Positions 7,981 through 15,410 of a DNA stretch of 15,410 bases are shown piece by piece. The position numbers and the translations under genes were made by a program. The notes under the pieces were generated by a model. That model did no database searches. It was not told where the DNA came from and worked only from the letters and a program-made list of their open reading frames with translations. Source of the DNA: Methanobacteriota archaeon (GTDB lineage Archaea > Hydrothermarchaeota > Hydrothermarchaeia > Hydrothermarchaeales > JACRDW01); the NCBI GenBank assembly GCA_043820925.1, contig JBDRDL010000045.1, forward strand, positions 1-15,410. The letters are read 5' to 3'. Position 1 is the stretch's first letter, and the number at the start of each line of letters is the position of its first letter.

Positions 7981-8645
7981 GGGGTATAAGCATTCCGTTT
8001 AAACTGGTTGTTCTGGAAGATCTTGTAAGGGTCCCGCCTGATAGATTCGGCTCGCCACTGACCGAGGTCGTAGAGGATATTCTGAGAGCAGGCTATGAAT
8101 ATACGATATATAACAAGACACGAAGAGAAGGCGGTTACGAAGGGAAGCTGGATAAAGAGTTAGGAATAATTCTGGCAATAACGAAAGTGATAGATATAAA
8201 GGACGGAACTTTGATACCTGGCGACGGCGCTGCCTATCACAGCACTGCTTTCGAGGCACTGGTATTTAAAACAGAGCTGCATGAAATTCTTGACGGCGAA
8301 ATTGTCGAAATCGTGGAGTTCGGGGCTTTCATACGCTTCGGTCCTCTCGACGGCTTAATTCACGTTTCGCAAATCACAGACGACTTCATAATCCATGACG
8401 TGAAGAGAGGCGCCCTCGTCGGAAAGGAAAGCGGCAAGGCACTTGGAGTCGGAGACAAAGTAAGAGCAAGGGTTGTTGCAGTTAGCTTGAACCCGGAGAA
8501 ATCCAAGGAGAGCAAGATAAATCTTACAACCCGGCAGCCGGGCTTGGGAAAGTTCGAGTGGCTGGAGGAAGCAAGAAAGAAGGGAAAGAAAGAGCCAAAA
8601 AAACCAGAGAAGCCGGAGGAAGAAAAAAAAGAGAAGAAAAAGTGA
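7977..8645 (+). CDS. rpoE1: DNA-directed RNA polymerase subunit E' (Rpo7)
   Basis: [32 protein letters not shown]1 domain [40 protein letters not shown] start overlaps the hppA stop (GTGA); start uncertain. Confidence 0.96.
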   Translation: MRGISIPFKLVVLEDLVRVPPDRFGSPLTEVVEDILRAGYEYTIYNKTRREGGYEGKLDKELGIILAITKVIDIKDGTLIPGDGAAYHSTAFEALVFKTELHEILDGEIVEIVEFGAFIRFGPLDGLIHVSQITDDFIIHDVKRGALVGKESGKALGVGDKVRARVVAVSLNPEKSKESKINLTTRQPGLGKFEWLEEARKKGKKEPKKPEKPEEEKKEKKK

Positions 8646-8738
8646 CTTGCGAAAGAGCGCAATAGCGTAGCAAGTGGTAGAAGTCGGTCAAGAGCGAGCG
8701 AGAAACGAGAGAAAACGAGTTTCGAGCGAGGGATTGAA

Positions 8739-8921
8739 ATGAAGGAAAAAGCATGCAAGGAATGCAGCAGGGTAACCGAGTTAGATGTTTGTGTTGTGTG
8801 TAAAACTCCCACTTCATCAAACTGGATGGGCTACGTCAGCGTTATAGATCCCGAAAAGTCAGAAGTAGCTAAAAAGTTGAACATAGCTGCAAAGGGAAGA
8901 TATGCGCTGAGGGTAAGGTAG
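8739..8921 (+). CDS. spt4: Transcription elongation factor Spt4 (RpoE'')
   Basis: KACKEC…CVVC zinc ribbon, W.G.V.VIDPEKSEVAKKLNI…GRYALRVR. Confidence 0.96.
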   Translation: MKEKACKECSRVTELDVCVVCKTPTSSNWMGYVSVIDPEKSEVAKKLNIAAKGRYALRVR

Positions 8922-9425
8922 ATGAGGGATCTAAAACTGCCTGAAGAGTTTAGGGGCATTTTCAAGAAACCTTTCGGCGAGGTTTATAAAGGAGAAGGAT
9001 TGAAGCCGGCGCAGGAAATCAAGAGCAAGCTGAGAGGCGAGAAGGTAATCATAGTCGGAGACATGACTCTCAGAAACATGCTTGCGGTTGGAGTTAAGCC
9101 GAGCTTAGCTGTCGTAGATTTAAAAACCAAGAGGAGTGTAGAAATGCCAGCCACTGGAAAAGATGTTTTCGAGGCAAGGAATCCTCCTGGAATGATAACT
9201 CAAGACCTCTGGGATAAGATTCACAAAGCCATCGAAAAGGACGGCTCTGTTGTACTGGTTGAAGGAGAAGAGGACCTTGCTGTGCTGCCCTGTATTTTAG
9301 AGGCGGACTGGGATGCAGCCGTGCTTTACGGACAGCCGGACGAGGGAATAGTATTTGTTAAAGTAACCGAAGATAAAAAAACAGAAGCCAGCATGATTTT
9401 AAAACTATTAAAAAAGGTAGTGTAA
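8922..9425 (+). CDS. GTP-dependent dephospho-CoA kinase (DUF359)
   Basis: LKLPE..R..FKKPFG, VGD, VVDLKTKR, NPPGMIT, VEGEEDLAVLP, VLYGQPDEGIV. Conserved position between spt4 and rps24e. Confidence 0.93.
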   Translation: MRDLKLPEEFRGIFKKPFGEVYKGEGLKPAQEIKSKLRGEKVIIVGDMTLRNMLAVGVKPSLAVVDLKTKRSVEMPATGKDVFEARNPPGMITQDLWDKIHKAIEKDGSVVLVEGEEDLAVLPCILEADWDAAVLYGQPDEGIVFVKVTEDKKTEASMILKLLKKVV

Positions 9426-9823
9426 TGGAAGTTAAAATACTCGAAGAGAAGGAAAACCCACTTCTTGACAGAAGGGAACTGAAGGTTAAGATTGCTCACG
9501 ATGCCGCAACCCCAAAAATATCTGAAGTACGAGACAAGCTAGTTGCAATGCTGGGCGTTGATAAAGAAACTCTCATACTGGATTCTTTTAAGTCAAAATT
9601 TGGTGCCAGAGAAAGCATCGGCTTTGTCAAGGTTTACAAGACGAAGGAGAGGGCACTCAAAGTAGAGCCGAGACACAGGCTTGAGAAAAATTTGCTTGTG
9701 GAAAAGACCGAGAGGGAAGAAAAGCCAAAAGAAAAACCTAAGGCAGAAGCTCCCAAGAAAAAAGAGGAGCCGAAGAAGGAAGCTCCCAAAGGAGAGGCAC
9801 CAAAAGAGGAAAAGAAGCAATGA
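9425..9823 (+). CDS. rps24e: 30S ribosomal protein S24e (eS24) with K/E/P-rich C-terminal tail
   Basis: [19 protein letters not shown]…H..ATP…FG…G.VKVY…EP.H. Confidence 0.96.
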   Translation: MEVKILEEKENPLLDRRELKVKIAHDAATPKISEVRDKLVAMLGVDKETLILDSFKSKFGARESIGFVKVYKTKERALKVEPRHRLEKNLLVEKTEREEKPKEKPKAEAPKKKEEPKKEAPKGEAPKEEKKQ

Positions 9824-9969
9824 CAGAAAAATGGAAGCTTTATGATGCAAAAGGCGGGAAGCTGCAAAGAAAAAATCGTCCATGCCCGAGATGCGGCGAG
9901 GGAATTTTTATGGCCGAGCACAAGGACAGACTCTCGTGCGGCAGCTGCGGTTATACTGTATGGAAGTAG
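9820..9969 (+). CDS. rps27ae: 30S ribosomal protein S27ae (eS31), 49 aa, absent from the supplied ORF track
   Basis: Manual translation [49 protein letters not shown], with CPRCG…CGSCGYT zinc finger. ATGA overlap with the rps24e stop. Confidence 0.97.
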   Translation: MTEKWKLYDAKGGKLQRKNRPCPRCGEGIFMAEHKDRLSCGSCGYTVWK

Positions 9970-9972
9970 TGT

Positions 9973-10545
9973 ATGATTCTCTCAGACAGGGACATAAAAA
10001 AATACTTGAAGCAGGGAAAAATTTTGATAACTCCTCTGGAAAATCCAGATGTTCAAATCCAGCCCTCTTCAGTAGATTTGCGCCTCGGAAATCAATTCAA
10101 AATTTTTCAGAGGACGAAAAAAGCTTACATAGACCCGCTGAAGGATGATGCAGAAGAATATACTGAGACCATAGCCATAAGAGACAGCGAGACCTTCATC
10201 TTGCATCCGGGCGAGTTCGTGCTTGCAAGTACAAAGGAGCGTGTAGAGCTGGGCGAGGACGTGGTTGCGAGGGTAGAGGGCAGGAGCAGCTTGGGAAGGC
10301 TTGCGCTCCTCGTTCACGCCACCGCAGGCTACATAGACCCCGGATTCAGGGGAAACTTAACCCTGGAACTATCTAATGTTGGGAAAATGCCGATTGCTCT
10401 ACATCCGGGAATGCGAATCTGTCAGCTCAGCTTCGAAACCATGTCCTCCAAGGTCGAGATTCCGTACGGGCATCCCTCCCGGGACAGCAAGTATCAAGAC
10501 CAAAAAGGTCCCATAAGCAGCAGGATACATTTAGATAAGAAGTGA
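9973..10545 (+). CDS. dcd: dCTP deaminase
   Basis: MILSDRDI, IQPSSVDLRLG, LHPGEFVLAST.E, EGRSSLGRL, TAGYIDPGFRGNLTLE, GMRICQL, SKYQ.Q. Confidence 0.96.
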   Translation: MILSDRDIKKYLKQGKILITPLENPDVQIQPSSVDLRLGNQFKIFQRTKKAYIDPLKDDAEEYTETIAIRDSETFILHPGEFVLASTKERVELGEDVVARVEGRSSLGRLALLVHATAGYIDPGFRGNLTLELSNVGKMPIALHPGMRICQLSFETMSSKVEIPYGHPSRDSKYQDQKGPISSRIHLDKK

Positions 10546-10547
10546 AT

Positions 10548-10555
10548 TTTATATA
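10548..10555 (+). promoter_or_regulatory. Putative TATA box (TTTATATA) for rpl10e
   Basis: Consensus archaeal TATA in the 73-nt gap after dcd; GAGGT SD before ATG 10619. Confidence 0.5.
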
Positions 10556-10618
10556 TCTTTTAATATGGGAATAGCGAAGCTAGTGTATAATGCTTACGCA
10601 TAAAAAGAGGTTTTTAAA

Positions 10619-11146
10619 ATGGTAGTCAAGCCTGGCAGAATATACAGGGTTCCAAAAACTCGCTCCTATACGAGAAGAGAGTATATGGGCGGTATTCCGG
10701 CATCGAAGATAACGATATTCGACATGGGAGAACTAGTGAATATTGACGACTTCGAATTAGAGCTTTCGTTGGTTGCGAAGGAGGCGTCTCAGATGACGCA
10801 CAACGCCTTAGAGGCAGCCAGAGTTGCTGTAAACAGGTATCTTATAGATAAAACTGGTAAAACCGGCTATTACCTGAAATTCAGGATATACCCGCATGAA
10901 GTTTTGAGGGAGAACAAGATGGCGACTGGAGCAGGGGCAGACAGGGTTTCAGACGGCATGAGAAGGGCATTTGGAAAAGCAGTTGGTCTGGCTGCGAAGG
11001 CTAATAAAGGGCAGAAAATAATGAGCGTCAGGGTAAACTCGCCGCACTATGCAGCGGCAAGGGGGGCGCTCAGGAGGGGGGCAGCTAAACTGCCAATGCC
11101 CTATACGATTACCATCGACAAAGGAAAAGAGCTCCTAAAGTTGTGA
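10619..11146 (+). CDS. rpl10e: 50S ribosomal protein L10e (uL16)
   Basis: YTRREYMGGIP.SKI..FDMG, HNALEAAR, YPHEVLRENKMATGAGADRVSDGMRRAFGK. Confidence 0.97.
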   Translation: MVVKPGRIYRVPKTRSYTRREYMGGIPASKITIFDMGELVNIDDFELELSLVAKEASQMTHNALEAARVAVNRYLIDKTGKTGYYLKFRIYPHEVLRENKMATGAGADRVSDGMRRAFGKAVGLAAKANKGQKIMSVRVNSPHYAAARGALRRGAAKLPMPYTITIDKGKELLKL

Positions 11147-11161
11147 CGTAATACGTAACAA
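11141..11161. promoter_or_regulatory. Near-perfect palindrome TTGTgACGTA-a-TACGTaACAA, candidate operator
   Basis: 9 of 10 arm positions are complementary. Lies immediately upstream of a BRE/TATA-like AAAAGC-TTTTTATG (11160-11173). Confidence 0.55.
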
Positions 11162-11194
11162 AAGCTTTTTATGCCACTTCCACGTACTTTTCAA

Positions 11195-11210
11195 CACCTG
11201 CAAGCAGGTG
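11195..11210. promoter_or_regulatory. Perfect inverted repeat CACCTGC-aa-GCAGGTG covering the SD of the HTH gene
   Basis: 7-bp arms. The right arm contains AGGTG, ending 8 nt before ATG 11219. Confidence 0.45.
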
Positions 11211-11218
11211 CGGAAAAA

Positions 11219-11653
11219 ATGTATAACGTCGAGAAGGAATATTTAAGATATGTTGAAAATGTCGGCGGGAGAATAATTTCCTCAGAAAATCCCATGGCCG
11301 ATATAAAAAAGACCAGGGCATCTCTCGGCATTACGCAGGAGGAGATTGGGAATCTTGTGAAGCTGAGGAGGGAGACTATATCAAGAATAGAAAATGGCAT
11401 TATAAACCCTACTTTTGAGTTTGTAAAAAAGTTTTCGAAGACCATAGCGGCTGCAAAGGTTATAAGAGACTTACAAGCGTTGGAGGAGGTCTCGATACTT
11501 TCAGGTAAAAGCGCTGGTTCCCTGCCCCTAAACCTTCTGAGGATTTGCTTCAATACCTCTCTGCAAGATTTGAAGCTGATTTCGGATGTCAGCATAAGGA
11601 GCTACTACCGCTCAAGAGCGAAAATTATTAAAAGAATAAAAAGCGAGGTGTAG
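11219..11653 (+). CDS. XRE/Cro-family helix-turn-helix transcriptional regulator
   Basis: IKKTRASLGITQEEIGNLVKLRRETISRIENGIINPT is a typical HTH_3 pattern. Start moved to ATG 11219 (SD AGGTG), because ATG 11171 falls inside the TATA-like box. Confidence 0.85.
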   Translation: MYNVEKEYLRYVENVGGRIISSENPMADIKKTRASLGITQEEIGNLVKLRRETISRIENGIINPTFEFVKKFSKTIAAAKVIRDLQALEEVSILSGKSAGSLPLNLLRICFNTSLQDLKLISDVSIRSYYRSRAKIIKRIKSEV

Positions 11654-11655
11654 GC

Positions 11656-13911
11656 ATGGATATTGTATGGTTCAAGGATTTAAGCAAATGCGATATCGCC
11701 GTAGCCGGGGGGAAGGGGGCTAACTTGGGGGAGATGACTAAAGCTGGACTGCCAGTACCGCCCGGTTTTGTAGTTACCTCAAAAGCATACAACAAATTTT
11801 TGAAAGAGGGCGGCATAAACGAAAAGATAATGGAGATATTGAGCAATACGAATGTGGACAACTCTTCTGAGCTGCAAAAGTCGTCGGAGGAGATAAGAAA
11901 AATAATAATGAGTGCTGCCATGCCGAACAGCATACGAAATGAGATTTTAAAGCACTACAGAGCGCTGTGCAACTCGCAGGGCAAAAAAGAGGAATTCGTA
12001 GCTATAAGGAGCTCCGCAACCGCAGAAGATTTGCCTGGTGCAAGCTTCGCTGGGCTGCAGGAGACTTTTCTGAACGTGATAGGAAATGAAGTGGTGCACG
12101 GCGTCCAGAAGTGCTGGTCATCGCTCTTTACGCCAAGAGCCATATTCTACAGAGAAAAGCAGGGCTTTGAGCATGCCAAGGTATCTATCGCAGTGATTGT
12201 GCAGAAGATGGTGGATGCTGACAAAGCAGGAGTACTATTTACCATTCATCCAGCAACTGGCGAAAAGGACAGGCTGATTATAGAGGCTGGGTGGGGTCTG
12301 GGGGAAGGCGTTGTATCGGGCACAGTAACGCCAGACCACTACGTGATTAACAAAAAAACTGGAGAGCTGCTCGACAAAGAAATAACAAAGAAGGACGTGA
12401 TGTTTGTCAAGGACAAGCGGACTGGAAAAACTGTAAAGAAAAATGTACCTCAAGAAAAAGTTAAAACCCAGGTTTTGACAAACGAGGAAATCAAAAAACT
12501 CGCAGAATTGGGCAAGACGGTTGAGGAGTGCTACAATTTCCCGCAGGACATAGAGTGGGCTATCGAGGGGAAAAACATATCCCTGCTCCAGTCCAGACCG
12601 ATAACAGTTTTTTATGATGAAAAGGAAGAAAAAGAGATAGCAAGGGATATTCTGCTAAAGGGACTGGGAGCTTCGCCCGGGATTGGCTCCGGAAAAGTGC
12701 AGATAATTTCAAGCACTGCGGAGCTGGATAAAGTGAAAGAGGGTGACATTCTCGTTACAGTCATGACGAATCCGGACATGGTGCCTGCAATGCGCAGAGC
12801 CGGCGCTATAGTTACCGACGAAGGGGGCATGACCTGCCATGCTGCGATTATATCCAGGGAGCTTGGAATACCCTGCGTTGTTGGTACCATGAAAGCGACA
12901 AAAATTCTCAACGACGGCTTGAAAATAACCGTAGACGGCTCCAAGGGCGTTGTTTACAAAGGGCTGATTAAAAAGATGCCCGAAAAGGAAGAGGAAAAGC
13001 TCGTGGTAGCGCCTTCTAAGATAATAACTGCAACCGAAATAAAGGCGAACATAAGCATGCCTGAAGTTGCGCCGAAGGTAGCGCCATTTGCAGACGGCGT
13101 TGGCTTGCTTAGAGTGGAGCACATGATTCTTGGAATAGGAAAGCACCCCATAAAATTCATTACAGAGGGCAGAGAGGGCGAATTAGTTGAGAATATTGCG
13201 GAAGGTGTTAGAAAAGTTGCAGGAGCATTTTATCCGAAGCCTGTTTGGTACAGGTCGCTCGACGCTCCGACAGACGAATTCAGGTCGCTTGAAGGCGGAG
13301 AAGAAGAGCCAATCGAGCACAATCCGATGCTCGGGTGGCGGGGCATAAGACGTAGTATAGACCAGCCTGAGCTTTTGAGGGCAGAATTCAAGGCGATTAA
13401 GAAGCTCGTCGGAGAAGGGTTCACAAACATCGGGGTGATGATTCCTCTGGTGCAGCATCCGAGCGAGCTGAGGGAAGCGAAGAGGATAGCGAGAGAAGTT
13501 GCGCTGGAGCCGCACAAAGATGTAAAATTCGGCATAATGGTCGAGACTCCTGCGAGCGCATTGATTATCGAAGATTTCATTGCAGAAGGAATAGACTTCA
13601 TAAGCTTTGGCACCAACGATTTAACGCAGTATACGCTGGCTGTAGACAGAAACAATGAGAGAGTTGCAGGGCTCTTTACAGAGAAGCACAAAGCAGTGCT
13701 CAAACTGTTGGAGATGGTGATTAAAAAATGCAGGGAAGCAGGTGTGGAGAGCTCGATTTGCGGGCAGGCAGGCAGCGACCCTGAAGTAGTAAAGAAGCTC
13801 GTGGAGTACGGCATAACCAGCGTTTCTGCGAATCCTGATGCGGTGCAAACAGTAAGAGAAACAGTCGCCAGGACAGAAAAGAGGCTGCTGCTGGACAGGG
13901 CGAGAGGATAA
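11656..13911 (+). CDS. ppsA: Phosphoenolpyruvate synthase (pyruvate, water dikinase)
   Basis: AGGKGANLGEM, AIRSSATAEDLPGASFAG, PQDIEWA, LQSRPIT, phospho-His motif GGMTCHAAIISRELGIP, NPMLGWRG, SFGTNDLTQY, SICGQA. SD GAGGTG. Confidence 0.97.
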   Translation: MDIVWFKDLSKCDIAVAGGKGANLGEMTKAGLPVPPGFVVTSKAYNKFLKEGGINEKIMEILSNTNVDNSSELQKSSEEIRKIIMSAAMPNSIRNEILKHYRALCNSQGKKEEFVAIRSSATAEDLPGASFAGLQETFLNVIGNEVVHGVQKCWSSLFTPRAIFYREKQGFEHAKVSIAVIVQKMVDADKAGVLFTIHPATGEKDRLIIEAGWGLGEGVVSGTVTPDHYVINKKTGELLDKEITKKDVMFVKDKRTGKTVKKNVPQEKVKTQVLTNEEIKKLAELGKTVEECYNFPQDIEWAIEGKNISLLQSRPITVFYDEKEEKEIARDILLKGLGASPGIGSGKVQIISSTAELDKVKEGDILVTVMTNPDMVPAMRRAGAIVTDEGGMTCHAAIISRELGIPCVVGTMKATKILNDGLKITVDGSKGVVYKGLIKKMPEKEEEKLVVAPSKIITATEIKANISMPEVAPKVAPFADGVGLLRVEHMILGIGKHPIKFITEGREGELVENIAEGVRKVAGAFYPKPVWYRSLDAPTDEFRSLEGGEEEPIEHNPMLGWRGIRRSIDQPELLRAEFKAIKKLVGEGFTNIGVMIPLVQHPSELREAKRIAREVALEPHKDVKFGIMVETPASALIIEDFIAEGIDFISFGTNDLTQYTLAVDRNNERVAGLFTEKHKAVLKLLEMVIKKCREAGVESSICGQAGSDPEVVKKLVEYGITSVSANPDAVQTVRETVARTEKRLLLDRARG

Positions 13912-13916
13912 AGCTG

Positions 13917-15062
13917 ATGGACGAAAAAGGCTTGGAGGAGGGGAAATTTTTAGATATTTTAAGCAATGCCAGAAAAAAAGATTTGAAGTACTCTGACGGA
14001 AAAATTTTAAGCTCGATGTGCACCCTGCCGCATCCTTTCGCAAGAAAGGTTTACGAGCTTTTTGCTGAGACGAACCTTGGAGATGCAGGCTTATTCGAAG
14101 GAACGAAGGAATTGGAAGACGAGGCAGTTAAACTCTTGGGCTCTCTTCTGGGCAACGAAGACGCAAAGGGATTTATTGTCTCCGGCGGCACAGAAGCAAA
14201 TATAATGGCTCTCTGGGCAGCGAGAAATAAAGCCGGCAAAAAAAATGCAGAGGTGATTGTTCCCGAGTCTGCGCATTTTTCGTTTGAAAAGGCAGCAAAT
14301 TTGCTCGGTTTAAGGTTGGTCACCGCATCTCTGGACAGCAGGCATTGCATAAGCGTTGGAGACGTGGAAAAAAAACTGGACAAAAATACAATAGCGATAG
14401 TCGGAGTGGCAGGGAGCACGGAATATGGAGCAATCGACAACATCGAAGCACTGGCAGAGATTGCAGTAAAAAACGACCTTCACCTGCACGTCGACGCTGC
14501 CTTCGGCGGCTTTGTTATTCCTTTTTTAATCGGATATGCTGCAAGAAAATTCGATTTTTCGATACCTGGAGTAAGCTCGATAACCATAGACCCCCACAAG
14601 ATGGGTTTAGCGCCGATACCGAGCGGGGGTATACTGTTCAGGAGTGCTGATTTCCTCAAATTCATAGAGACTCGCTCGCCGTATCTGACCGAGAGAAGGC
14701 AGTTCACGCTGAGCGGCACGAGGAGCGGCGCATCCGCTGCTTCGGTTTACGCTGTTCTGAAGCTCCTCGGAAGAGAGGGTTATAGAAAAAACGTGGAAAA
14801 TTGCATGAATTTAACAATGCAGCTCTACAGAGAAATAAATGCTCTCGGACTGAGAGTTCTAAAACCTGCGATGAACATTCTGGTTTTCTCTCACGAAAAG
14901 CAGGATGCAATATCAGAAAAATTGCTGGAGAAAGGCTGGATTGTGTCCAGGACCAGGAAGGGGGAGATAAGGCTCGTAATAATGCCTCACGTCACAGAGA
15001 AAAGTATTGCTAGATTTGTGGAAGATTTGGAAAGTATTTGCACACTGCACTTATTCAAATAA
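13917..15062 (+). CDS. mfnA: L-tyrosine/L-aspartate decarboxylase (group II PLP-dependent)
   Basis: ILSSMCT.PHP, TNLGDAGLF.GT, SGGTEANI, HFSFEKA, HVDAAFGG, PLP-lysine motif ITIDPHKMG, GTRSG, RLVIMPHV. Confidence 0.94.
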   Translation: MDEKGLEEGKFLDILSNARKKDLKYSDGKILSSMCTLPHPFARKVYELFAETNLGDAGLFEGTKELEDEAVKLLGSLLGNEDAKGFIVSGGTEANIMALWAARNKAGKKNAEVIVPESAHFSFEKAANLLGLRLVTASLDSRHCISVGDVEKKLDKNTIAIVGVAGSTEYGAIDNIEALAEIAVKNDLHLHVDAAFGGFVIPFLIGYAARKFDFSIPGVSSITIDPHKMGLAPIPSGGILFRSADFLKFIETRSPYLTERRQFTLSGTRSGASAASVYAVLKLLGREGYRKNVENCMNLTMQLYREINALGLRVLKPAMNILVFSHEKQDAISEKLLEKGWIVSRTRKGEIRLVIMPHVTEKSIARFVEDLESICTLHLFK

Positions 15063-15410
15063 TTTGCCCAACCCTGCTACAATCTTCTCCTTGTTAAAAG
15101 GATAGCTCGTCGCTGTCAGCGCTATCTGTATTCCCTCGCCAAGAGCAGCCTCGCCGGCATAGGCTCTCATTTTGTCGAGGCGCATGTACAGCTTGCCCTC
15201 TTCGAACCTCTCCTCAAGCTCCTCTTTTATTTTTTTTCTGTCTTCGCTTGAGAGGCGCTCATTCAGCGCAGCGATAAATTTCTCTATCTCTTTTCTTTTT
15301 CTCAGCGCAATGTTTAAAATATAAATCGGGTTTTTGAAATGCCCCAGAGTTTTTTGCGCATTGTAGCTGAATTCGAAAGGAATTATATTTTTCAGGCAGG
15401 TCAAAACCTT
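15051..15410 (-). CDS. COG1325/DUF54-like putative RNA-binding protein, 5' end outside the window
   Basis: GHFKNPI…KLYMRLDK..AY.G motifs. The frame stays open to the window edge (KVLTCLKNII…). Convergent 12-nt overlap with mfnA. Confidence 0.75.
   Translation of the reverse strand, partial: KVLTCLKNIIPFEFSYNAQKTLGHFKNPIYILNIALRKRKEIEKFIAALNERLSSEDRKKIKEELEERFEEGKLYMRLDKMRAYAGEAALGEGIQIALTATSYPFNKEKIVAGLGKLFE

Noticed and set aside
8643..8738. Selenocysteine read-through/SECIS, tRNA or CRISPR interpretation of the rpoE1-spt4 spacer
   Set aside because: Rpo7 is complete before the TGA and an in-frame TAG follows within a few codons. There is no cloverleaf or T-loop and no repeat-spacer periodicity.
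9882..10148. 88-aa + strand ORF
   Set aside because: It overlaps rps27ae and dcd out of frame; the real gene here is rps27ae (9820-9969).
2273..13911. Inteins in infB or ppsA, which are known intein hosts in some archaea
   Set aside because: Both proteins are normal length, with no intein terminal motifs or endonuclease insert.
152..15013. Numerous antisense and alternate-frame ORFs in the track (e.g. 7060-7857 -, 4586-5176 -, 13230-13814 -, 3028-3501 -, 14345-14650 +)
   Set aside because: They overlap well-identified genes, have no recognisable motifs, and show the composition typical of shadow frames.
13917..15062. mfnA as evidence of methanogenesis
   Set aside because: MfnA homologs also act as aspartate decarboxylases for CoA synthesis in non-methanogenic archaea, and no methanogenesis marker is in the window.

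Overview
Gene-dense archaeal chromosomal segment with euryarchaeal-type gene order; the lineage cannot be fixed from sequence alone. The core is a translation/transcription superoperon on the + strand: infB(aIF5B)-rps6e-eif2g-PIN-hppA-rpoE1-spt4-DUF359 dephospho-CoA kinase-rps24e-rps27ae-dcd. It is followed by rpl10e, an XRE-HTH regulator-ppsA-mfnA unit, and a convergent, truncated COG1325-like gene. The left end holds a bacterial-type spoVG divergent from a GINS gene, plus a 64-aa membrane protein and an orphan histidine kinase. Four things stand out. (1) A K+-independent membrane H+-pyrophosphatase with atypical codon usage sits in the slot where I recall a soluble pyrophosphatase (ppa) in Thermococcales/Methanobacteriales, suggesting in situ displacement by an unrelated enzyme. 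(2) The 64-aa protein is a clear paralog of the TM/coiled-coil N-terminus of the adjacent sensor-less kinase. (3) An archaeal SpoVG lies head-to-head with GINS. (4) A near-perfect palindrome abuts the promoter of the HTH-ppsA-mfnA unit. No rRNA, tRNA, CRISPR array or transposase was seen. All calls come from manual motif recognition, not database searches.
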